From Bispira polyomma (lineage: Eukaryota): a stretch of 64,000 nt of DNA. This document shows positions 13,901-23,842 of this stretch, piece after piece. Positions within the stretch are counted from its first letter, which is position 1; each line of letters starts with the position of its first letter. Below the pieces are notes generated by a model. The model searched no databases and was not told the DNA's origin. It worked only from the letters and a program-made list of their open reading frames with translations. Location of the stretch: NCBI GenBank assembly GCA_965649765.1, contig OZ287749.1:63984001-64048000 (forward strand), written 5' to 3'. Position numbers and translations under genes: made by a program.

Positions 13901-14862
13901 TTAACTTAGACCACCAAGCCCCAAACTAGTAATGTTTTGTAGGACATCTTTAAAGGAATCTGCAACTTGAGTACCAGCATCAACAGAGTCTGAGATGTAA
14001 CGCCACACGCAATCCGACGTCCAGGTGCTATGTTTTTGAATATCCTGAATCTTGACATTATTGTTAAATGCAAAGGTGGCACCTGAACGTCGGAAGGCGT
14101 GGAAGGTCAAGCCAGAGTATTGAGTACCAAGTAAGGATAGTACATTTTTGAGGTGCCTTCGCACACGTGTGTCCGTTAGTGGAACCCACGAGCCTTGGAG
14201 TTTAAAGTAAAATAATGGGATATTTCTCCCTTTTGGTGAGATGGCTAACACAGCTTCCAAGGCCTGAACAGGACAAAGAATTGAATTTTGTATACTTGGG
14301 ATGGTTAGCAATCAAACTGCATCATTTCTCTGCAGTGTCTTAGACCATTTGATCATGATAACTGCATACCCTGGCTTAAACAAAACATCAGCTCTAGCTA
14401 ATTGTTTAAGAGGAGAGTATGACCCCATTGAATGAGGACACAGATTAGATAAACGCAAAAATGTGAAAAAACTTGTCAAATAAACAGCCTTGAAAATTAG
14501 GCCCATGTAAGTACTATCACATTTGCTAATCAGAGCCCTAAGCAAGTGCACATCAAAAATTGACTTCAATTTCACCTGTAAAGGTCTATGCATAGCCAAG
14601 GCTTTAGTGAAATAAGAAATTCTCTGATCAGAAAATACTTGAACATCTATATGAAACATAACACATTTTGCCTTCACAGCCGAGATGTGATTTACTACCT
14701 GAGAGGCCAAAACACCATTGAAATTTAGAAACTCTAAATATGCTAAAATTTGCAACACAGTCACCTTGTGGGGAGGCCACGACATAAAGACTCCAAAAGT
14801 AAGAGCTGAATTCAGCCTATCACAAGCCCATTTCATCAGAGCCAGACCCACAGGGTGAGTGC
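13901..14862 (-). pseudogene. Tyrosine recombinase of the retrotransposon, one in-frame stop
   Basis: ORFs 14312-14851 and 13901-14311 are in frame across TGA at 14312-14. Catalytic set: FLRLSNL (R), WSKT (K), HAFRRSGA (HxxR), HSTWTSD..W.Y (W, Y). Confidence 0.93.
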
Positions 14863-14886
14863 CTGGAAAAGAAAAACTAAAACCTG

Positions 14887-17432
14887 CTATATGAGAGTGT
14901 TTACATGAAGTAAATTTTTAGGGGCAGGAAGCCATTGAATTGGTCCAGCCAGTTCGTTTAGTAATAGGTGGTTACTTTCTGTCGCGGCCCATCTGGAAAG
15001 TAAGTCAGCCACTTTATTTTCTCTACCTAGAATATGGACTACAACAATTTCAATGTCAAACTTACTGGCTAACATGTATATGTTTCTGGTATAGGTGGCC
15101 AATATGGGGTCTCTAGTACGGCCTGTCTGTAAGACACTGACTACTGCCTGATTGTCACATCTTACTAAAATTCTCTGACCCTTCCATTTTTGGACCCATA
15201 ACTTCATTGCTACCAAAATGTTCAACATTTCAAGGGAAGCTATATTATACTCTGTCATACTTGTAGGAACTTTAATTTGGTATACTTGATTTCCATAAAT
15301 CCCCCCATACCTGTGAGGCAGGCATCCAATTCTATCTCGCCTGATATGGGTTTATGTAAGAAAAAGGAAACACCATTGAACTGCTCTGCAAAGGTTTTAA
15401 ACCAATTTAAGTCACGTCTGAATGCATCACTTATTACAATTTTGTTTTTACTGTGATTATCTCGTAGCAGTTCCAACATTCTATTCAAGAAAACCCGAGC
15501 ATATTTAATACATTTAGAGATATATAGCAAAAGGCCCAGTAAGGACTGTAGTTCTCTCTTGGTACAATAATTTTTTGAAGCCCAATCCCTGCACTTGCTC
15601 TGAATTTCTGCCATTTGTTCAGATGGGATAGAAGTTGTGCATTTGACTGTGTCGATTATTATGCCTAAGCAGACTACCTCAGTGCTGGGTGGAACCAATT
15701 TTTTCTGGCTAACTGTAAGACCCAGTTCAGCAAGCAATTCTTGCAATCTTATAAACGTTTTCTGAATTATTCTGGGAAGTGATACACATAAAAAATCGTC
15801 GATATAATTGTGGACGTTATGATTTTCTGAGTGCATTATGAAACGCACTGCATCCGAAATTCGTTGAAAAATAGTACTGCCATTCAAATAACCGAATGGC
15901 AGCGATTTATCGACATAGTAAGATTTTCACTTCAACCCTAAGAGGTCAATGTCGCCAGGGTCAATGGGGACGTGGCGAAACGCCCTACTCACGTCTATTT
16001 TAAATATCTGACAACCCTTACCCAATTTAGACACTTCAGTAGTAAGATGATCAATAGAACGGTAAGACAGTAAAAAATCAACACCCAGGTACGAAGTCGG
16101 AGAAGCACCTGCATTTACTGAAGCCTCCTGAGGCCAACTCAAATCCACAATCACACGTCTGTTAAGCGAGTTGGGTTTATGTCTGGTCATTAAAGGGGAA
16201 CAATGCAAATTCCGAATTGGTGGAGTGTTGAAAGGACCAAGCATTGCCCCAAAGTCACATTCTTCCTTCATATAGGCGTCTACATGTTGAGGAAATTCCT
16301 CTGCCGACCTATGGTTAGTTTCATTCGACACGGTACAAATTTTTCGACACACATCAAGAGGGAATCCATATTTTATAAGGAGAGGCAGTTGCCAATCCCA
16401 GTAGGTTTGTAAATACTTTCCCCACGTTTCAGCTTTTAATTGGGAATGGACAGGAATCTGGAGGCCAGTATAATTATGCCTGCCATCAAGACGTAGTTTC
16501 TCATGCATTTGTAATATGGATAGTTTGTGCCCTCCCCCACCATGGTCGGCAATCTCACTGCCCAAAGCCGAGAGAGGAATAAATACATAAGCATGACTAC
16601 TCTGGTCCTGCCATTTTTTGTGTGTTTGATTCGAGGCCGCCTTCTACAGCAACTCCCTTTTATTTTTCTTGTGCTTTAAAGCACACGAATACTTATCAGA
16701 GGTTTCAACATTTTCATTAACACGTTCTGTGCAAGTACTTGTCTCTTGGTGCTTTGCAAAGCCCCCATTGTTACCTGGCATGTTACTAGAGCGAACGACC
16801 CTCACAATGGCTGCATTGTCCTCCACAGGTATCTGTGCCAACGCGGAAAACCGATTGTTAAGCTGAAGGCCACAGTTAGCTTCATTGACGCGGCTCCTTT
16901 CGCCCCCCCTCTGAATCGATATTCTAACACCTTTTGTCTCCACGCCCTGTTGTTTTGTGCATGGGGGTCGCTTCATAATAGGTGTCACCTTCTTAGCCAC
17001 TTGAATGGAGGTGCCAATTACAGGTGTTAACTTTTCAAACCTTTGAATAGATGTGGCAGCAGAGGTGTCAACATTATTCTTGAGTTCAGCTCTGCCAACC
17101 TTTTGTGGTTGGCAAAACCTGCCCTTTTGTGTCACCTTTCCAGAGCTAAACCTGTCAACCTCACCCTTATGCCTCAGATTTTCTGTATGTCCAGTATTAT
17201 ATACAAACATTGATTTTCTGATACTAGCAGTACTTTTTAAAGCATCACTATAGCTAACATTCGACCTTTTGATCTTCATATATTTACACATTTTCTGATA
17301 CACATTTTTTTCAAACAAATGAAAATCTTTGAAGCCTGTGTCATAGACAGTTCTATTTACAACCTTAAAATTTGCAATCTTTTTGTCCACTGCATCCAAG
17401 CAGTGGCCCCTCAGTCGTTTGCCTCTTTTTTG
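14887..17432 (-). pseudogene. pol (reverse transcriptase + RNase H), two in-frame stops and one frameshift
   Basis: One frame from 17432 to 15255, with TAG at 16644-46 and TGA at 15927-29 (LGLK*KSYYVDKSLPFG). RT motifs KIDVSRAFRHVPI, LPFG, YIDDF. RNase H motifs LDAC, LEMLN, CDNQAV, NKVADLLSR. One G missing from the run at 15301-06; restoring it gives MGGIYGNQVYQIKVPTSMTEYN. Confidence 0.92.
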
Positions 17433-18457
17433 CTACACATACTGGTCCTATTATTACCCCCACAAGTTTCACAACTATGCCTATACATTTGCCCCCCTGT
17501 ATTATGTGAGCTAGAGAACTTGCAAGTTCCTTCCTGAAAGAACCTGCAAGGTGTTGACTTTTTCTGACTAGTTTTACTACTACCAATGCTACCAGCGCAG
17601 CCATTTGCCCCATGAATAGATCTTGACACACCTACATGGTGTTGGGCGTGTGCCCTGCGGATCCGGTCGACCTTCTCGACATCCAACCACCTGAGCTTGT
17701 CCATTTCCATATTTGTTAGGACTACCGCGTGGCAGGCCTTCGCCGCCTCCCACGAAAAATCTTGGGCGTCCTCCATGAGGCCACTCATGTAATCTAGCAT
17801 AGCGTTCTTAATTTCAGTCGACTTCTCCTCGTGAGCGATCCGGGTGAAGCCACAAACCCATTGAACAAGGGTTAAGTCGTCATAACTAGGGCGAGTCTTC
17901 GAACTGCCTGTCAGCACATAATTCTGGGGTCATTGGACAGTCTTTTTTACAAGAACCTCGTTCCCCCCAGTTCTCTGAGACTTAATTTTACTTGAGGGAG
18001 TTTCATTAAGAGACCGGAGGTCCTTTAACCTCTGTTCGACTTGCAACTGAATCTGAGCGTTTTGACTCAAAAATTCGACCCTCGGAACGACAGTATCTGG
18101 GCCAGTAGGTGGGCTTTTACCTTCGTCAGCAGAGACTAGATCTTTAGAGACACTAGGAGTGATACTAGAAGTAACGGTACTTGCCACACTACTGGTGAGG
18201 TTGGCTGCCAACGCTGCCTCTGTCTGCTGGACTCGCTGATCCATCCTCTCGACTACCTGGCTGAGCGATTGCAACTGCAGTAGTATAGCGCTAGATACAG
18301 CCTCGTTCAGATGAGCCAGCGAGTCCTCATGGGAGCCAGCGTCAACTTCCACTCCCTCACCCGAGACATCAGGCATATTAACCGAACAGTTTCTTCCAAC
18401 AGGTCTCTCATGTTTTTGCAAACATTTCGGACAAAACACAATCTTTTTACCGGGCAT
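17411..18457 (-). pseudogene. ORF1 gag-like protein of the YR retrotransposon, one in-frame stop
   Basis: ORFs 17930-18457 and 17411-17917 share a frame, separated by TGA at 17930-32 (KKTVQ*PQNYVLTG, probably a Trp codon). N-terminal CPKC..H......C and C-terminal C..F..G.C...H...H.C..C Cys/His clusters; coiled-coil-like middle region. Confidence 0.85.
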
Positions 18458-18606
18458 GACTTGAGTGTATATTGAATTAAAATACTAAAACCAAATAAAC
18501 AGTATAAAACATAAAACACTCTCTTTGTCACCCAAACAGTATTTGAATTTTCCTAGTGCTTCTGCTGACGAACGGTGAAAGGCGGGAGAATTTGAAAGGG
18601 GGATGG

Positions 18607-18614
18607 CTTATATA
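18607..18614 (-). promoter_or_regulatory. Candidate TATA box of the retrotransposon
   Basis: TATATAAG on the minus strand, about 150 nt upstream of the gag ATG (18457), in a GC-rich context. Confidence 0.5.
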
Positions 18615-18691
18615 CTCGCCCATCCATCCCATAGTAATGAACAGCCTGGTACCCCAGAACTGAGGCCGCTAATGCTGGGGGCGTTAGCTTT

Positions 18692-18804
18692 CAAATAGTT
18701 GGTCAAGATTCTGCACTGTAAACTAACTACCGGGAATCAGCAAGTCACTGCCAACTTTCCCACATAATGCCACGGCCGAGATTCAAAACCCATTACCTCA
18801 GAAG
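18692..18804 (-). mobile_element. 5' half of the SINE interrupted by the YR retrotransposon
   Basis: aaatagttggtcaagattctgcactgtaaac...ccaactttcccacat...gagattcaaaaccc matches the second half of the 38635-38835 copy. A B-box-like part is present; no A-box is seen. Confidence 0.85.
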
Positions 18805-19669
18805 AAACATTAAGGTAAAAACGATTTGTTTAAAATTAATAAATTTATAATGTTGCCACTCCTTTGTTTTGTATATATTGGAATAAATGCAGATATGTCC
18901 ATTGGAATGTAAATACAAAGCATTCTAGGAGAGATAGCTTGCTGTTTAAAGAATCTCTCACAAGAATTGCACAGTCTGATGTTGATTTTACTCTGAAGAG
19001 AGTGCGGTCATGTTCAAAAGCACTGCTATGTTGGAAATGATATGTAAGACCTTCAAGAAATAGTTGGAAGCAATGTCTCTTTTAAAAAATAACTCTTGTT
19101 TGTGACTGTTTTTGTTCTAAAAGGCCTGATTTCTGGACCACAGACTGCTTTAATCCTCATAGCAGGACTTGACTCCAGAACCTCAATATGAATGTATGTA
19201 GGTTTTTATGCAATGTTTATTTATATGCAAGGTGATAAGTCAAGTTGGAGAGAGAGACACAAAGAGAGAAAGCGAGATAGGGTCAGGCTAATATAAAACC
19301 ATCAAATACAAGAATTGTATGATTTGCCTTTATCACATGTTAATAGGGTGTCATTCTGTGAATATCTGATCTGGAGTCTTGCTGGAGAATGCATTTAATT
19401 ATGACAAAAACTAATTGTTAAAAAGAATCCCGGTAGAAATGAAATGCTAATACATTCAAAAAATTTGTAACCTGTTTTTTAAATGGTTAAGCAGTGGAAT
19501 ATAGAATATAAGATTAAGTACAAAATTTTATTTGAAATCTATTAAATGTAAAGTTGATAAGACAGCTACTTAAAAGCTTAAACATAGACAAGAGTTGTCT
19601 TTAACACCGACGCACACTGTAAAATACACTAGCATTGATATTTCTGACACTTCTCAGTTTGGACGGGTT

Positions 19670-19780
19670 GATTGCTTCTAACCAATCCATGCAGGCCTTA
19701 TATATTAGTTCTAAGATGGCGGCGCCCTTTTAAGAATGAAAACAACATCTGGCTGTGCCTGATAAATAAAGCAGAAACTA
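19670..19780 (+). repeat. Dispersed repeat family (other copies near 23090-23175, 27395-27485, 41035-41140)
   Basis: Shared gattgcttc.aaccaatccatg.aggccttatatatt..ttctaagatggcggcgccc...caggctgtgcctgataa. Confidence 0.75.
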
Positions 19781-20231
19781 AAGAGACGACAGTCAGTAGA
19801 CAGTAGACTAACAGGATGTGTAGTTTTAAATATCATAGGCATAAATGTTAAACTTAAGACCTTTTTGTATATAATAAAATCAATCACATTAATATTAAAA
19901 TCATATCGCAAAGTATCTTCATGCATAAGACAGATATAAAAAATATATGACTACACATATTTGAATTCTTAGTACTGCTAAAAGCTGTATTTAAGTGAAC
20001 GGTAAAATGTTTTAAGTTTCAGACCGTTGACTAATATGCCCCCTTGGTGGAAGCTTCTTGTTACTGACAAAACAATACAGACATTGACAGTCTCTGAGGT
20101 CAGATTGACATATACCTATTGTTTGTTAAAACCCTGGGATGATGTATTTTAAACAAAAGTAGCTATGGCAGCAAGCTGAGGTCAGATTAACAGTACAGAG
20201 AGTAAATGTGGATGTTATCATACAAGTAACG

Positions 20232-20540
20232 TGGTCTCTGTAGCCTAGCGGTTAGAGTGTCAGACTTTGGATCTGAGTGACCTAAGAGCCCTGGTTCGAT
20301 CCTCGCAGCAGGCCTGGAGATTGTACCCTTGGTTAAGGAGCCTTACAACAAGCTGTCCCTCTTTACCTCGGTGTATAAATGGGTACCTGGCCGCTAATGA
20401 GTCTTAGTCTTTGTGCACCTGCATGTGGCCAGTATGCTTCCTAAGGGAGCTGAGACTGAACAATTGGTTGAAAATTGGTTGGTGGTGTAAACTGTAAAGT
20501 CGGATGAGACCTCAATTCTGGTGATATCAGACTATAAACT
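20232..20540 (+). mobile_element. tRNA-derived SINE, CORE-like family
   Basis: A-box tagcctagcgg, B-box ggttcgatcc, then gtacccttggttaagg...ggtgtataaatgggtacc...atgcttcctaagggagctgag. Confidence 0.7.
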
Positions 20541-22039
20541 TTTTTACACTTATATTAGTCTTATTAATAGACTTGCCAGATTATAGTTGTATCATAAAAA
20601 AAAAAATTCATCTAATATTCTTAATCAAACACATACTAAAGCCAAAGCGTCACAGTAGCAAGCTAATCTAACTTTTGTAGCGCTTAATAGTGGAATAGTG
20701 AAATCTGTTCATGATCGGCTCCAATAATTAATTGATCATTTCTTAAGCCAATACCCCACGCCTGGACCAAATTCCATGTAAATTGTTTCATTAGTTTTTT
20801 CTGAAATATTGGTGAAATGCAAACAAATCAAGGGAAACTGGAAATAGTTTCATTTGATTCTGTCTGTGTTTGTCAACGATGCTATTGTCTTTTCCGTGTA
20901 CAAGTAAAAACTCGAATTTTACACTGTTTGGGCTCATTATTTTTATTCTTATTATTTGTTATTTGTTAACACAGGTAATTAGCTGAAATCTCCTTTCAGA
21001 AATAAGCATCTAAGTGGTTCTATGTTTTCAATAAATGATGGATACTTCTTTCATTGCAAGAAAAATCATTTTATTGATTAAAAAAAAAAGACTATGATAA
21101 GAAAAAGTTTTTTTGTTTTTTTTCGAAAAATTTCTTCTCTAATTTTATGGAAAATCGAGGCTTTTAGTGTGAAATGAGGTGTGTAGCACTCTTCTAAAGC
21201 TTTAGACTCACTGAAAGCTGATATGTTTTCTTGACATTGATCAAATGAAAATTAATGTCAGAGATTAAACGACTAACAACAAAAATTATGGCTGAAAAAA
21301 AAATGGATCGATCCATGTCCAGACAAAAAATATGTGTCTGTAATATTTCTTTATATGTCCACTATAAAATTCAAGTGATCTACCAAATAACTCCAGATGT
21401 ATTAGAATGAACAGCTTTAACAAACCGGATTATTTTGAAGACAGCAGACACCTGATCATATGAAAACGTGCCCTGCTGAGCATTCTCAATGACAAAATAA
21501 GGATACTTTATGCTGCAGAAGAAGAAATTCAAAATTCAGAACATTTACCCCCACTCCATTCCTTCACAGTCAGGGCCCAGATCCTATGTATGATGTTGAA
21601 AGAGGTAGAGAGATAGTAGCAGTTGGGATAATATATGTTTTATTCACTAACTACATATATATACAGACTGATTAAAATGTAAGTAAGGCCACCTTAGTGA
21701 GCTTAAGGTTACCATAGTTAAAGATAACAAAATCTGACTTTATGTTAACCAAAGTTAAGGTAACCTTAAGTTTTAACATGTTTATTATAACTTTACTGAG
21801 CTTAAGGTAACTTTATGTTTTTACATGTTAAACATGGCATTAGCCTTAATTTTATATAGTAGAGGGTACCATATAGTGATAAACTAAAAGGTGGGCTTAA
21901 ATCAATTATAAAATTGTAAATTATAGAGTGTAAAAGAAGGAAAGTAACACCAAGCCCCAACTACTGACATATCGGCAAAATGATTGGAACAACCACAATA
22001 GATGGAGACATTTTTAGTTGAAGAGTAAATCAAACACTT

Positions 22040-22405
22040 ATTATTATTATTTATTATTATTATTATGAACTTTATTGATGCTAGGCATCTTTAAAGGACA
22101 ACAGCAGAATTATTGATCCGCCTAAAAATCCATAGGCATAGCAGAGTCGAAAGGAAAGAGTTACTCCGCCTAACTGAAGAGAGAGGATTGAGGATGATCA
22201 TTTGATCTTTAGCATGCCACTGGAGATAGGACTTAGTGACAGAGGACCACCATTTTAAGTGGTGGTCATCAGAGCCAAACGTGTGTACACATCTTGCCCA
22301 AGGATGCTATCCCACCAATGAAACTAGCGACCGGTACTGAGAATAGAACCCAGGAACTTCTGATCATCAGACCAACTCCATCCTAACCACTAGGCCACAA
22401 GGAAC
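22040..22405 (-). mobile_element. tRNA-derived SINE with Nin/Deu-like central domain and L2-type 3' tail
   Basis: Head gtggcctagtggttagg...gggttctattc, catccttgggcaagatg, central ttaaaatggtggtcctctgtcac...ccagtggcatgctaaagatc. The tail and (TAA)n are shared with the LINE end at 63190-63335. Confidence 0.75.
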
Positions 22406-22696
22406 CACTGGCAGATTGATAAATAGTGTCATACTCAAACCCCCTATTTTCAATTAGGAGACTGAAACTGACTGGGACTATTTGTTGCTATACTGATACA
22501 GTCAAAATACTGGTTAATTGGCGCCTGCCATACCAGATAAAGGTATATATAAATGTGCTGAAAATAAATTTGAATACAATACAATGCCTTACTAATACAA
22601 CACCTTATTAAGGGTTACATGTAAAATCTTTTGACACTAAACAAAACAAGAGTTGTGTTTTAAAAAAGTACAGGAGCACAGTGTAAAATAGGCTAC

Positions 22697-23059
22697 TTAT
22701 GGGCCGGTCACAGCTACACATGTGTGTGACGTGTGTGTGACGTTTTCGTCAAAGAACATTTCACTAAGTAGCAGAACGTAGCAGAACGCAGCAGTAAGTA
22801 GCAGTATAGTAGCTCTATGTAGTAGTAGGTAATGATATCCTACCAGTAAAGTGTTAAATTTTTGCCGCAGCTCCGTCACCTCAACGAAACAAATCGTAAC
22901 AGAAAGTGTGTACAAGTATCAACATTGTCACGAAACGTCACAATTGACTCCAACTTTATGAATATGACGTCACTTTGACACAAAACTACTACATTTTCAG
23001 TTTATATTGCTTTGCCACATTGTGGGACGATAGCACATGTAGGTATGACCAGGCCATAA
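22697..23059. mobile_element. Second copy of the same MITE family, opposite orientation
   Basis: Imperfect IR ttatgggccggtcacagctac / gtaggtatgaccaggccataa. Interior tatcctaccagtaaag and gggacgatagcac are reverse complements of sequence in 58611-59102. Confidence 0.75.
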
Positions 23060-23639
23060 CATTCATATGGCCACTACATATTCACGGGATTCGGGTCGAT
23101 TGCTTCCAAATAATCCATGAAGACCTTACATATTATATCTAAGATGGTGGCACCTTTTTCAATGGCGGGACCCTTTTTAAAATAAAAAAAAATAAAAGAC
23201 AGCAAGAGCTGTTACTTTGTTGTTAAAGGGACAGGTTCAGATGAACAACAGGTAGGTTTAAAAAAAACTTAAGTCCATACCTGAGGTAAGGGTAACATGG
23301 TGCTCATAGCTTTGTAAGCATTGCTACTCTCAACAGAGGAGGGTATGCCTTTTTTCTTTTGATTACTGACATCACTACTAACAGACTTGTCTTAAATTGT
23401 TTGAATACCTAAAATGCTTGAAAGTAAATTGCACTTGGTAAAAAAGGAAGCTTGTAACACTTGTAACTGGACTGAACCCACAAGGTTATATAGTGTTCAG
23501 TATATTTGTGATTGTAGAAATGTGTTTTTAAGTTTAAATTTAGTATCTTTTAATGGTTACACATTGTGTACATTTGATTATCGCAGTTTATATTTATGGT
23601 ATTCTTTGATATACATGCTGACTTCGGCAATGAAGTAGC

Positions 23640-23842
23640 AACCCACCCCCACTCAGCCCCTGAATTTGTGAGTTGGAATCTCAAACATGGGAAAGTTGGC
23701 AGCAGACTTGCTAAAGGCTGGTTGTCTGCAGATCAAAAAATCTTGACCCATTTATCTACTCTATTTTTTACCACCAACTAGTGGGCTGATCATGGTATTA
23801 TGACACAATACGTGTTTAAACGACATTAAACCAAAACAAAAC
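23640..23842 (+). mobile_element. Meta/MESC-like SINE, 5' truncated
   Basis: gtgagttggaatctc..atgggaaagttggcagcagacttgct...cgacattaaaccaaaac. Confidence 0.7.

Larger units (their letters stand above)
13383..18692 (-). mobile_element. Tyrosine-recombinase retrotransposon (DIRS order, Ngaro/PAT-like ORF layout), near full length, inactivated
   Basis: Minus-strand order gag-like, RT, RNase H, YR, with no methyltransferase domain after RNase H. Boundaries come from the interrupted SINE whose halves rejoin as ggaaagcaatgc|aaatagttggtcaag (1-nt ambiguity). No TSD. Confidence 0.93.

Noticed and set aside
16203-17631. Short antisense and alternate-frame ORFs within the retroelement
   Set aside because: Shadows of GC-richer gag/pol sequence with no recognisable motifs.
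18545-18625. Hammerhead-like CTGACGA...GAAA near the element 5' end (plus strand)
   Set aside because: Stems I and II cannot be formed convincingly around the core, and it is antisense to the element transcript.
20879-20974. ATG-initiated hydrophobic mini-ORF ending at CAG|GTAATT as nAChR exon 1
   Set aside because: It ends in phase 0, whereas exon 35778 needs phase 1. The hydrophobicity is explained by T-rich low complexity.
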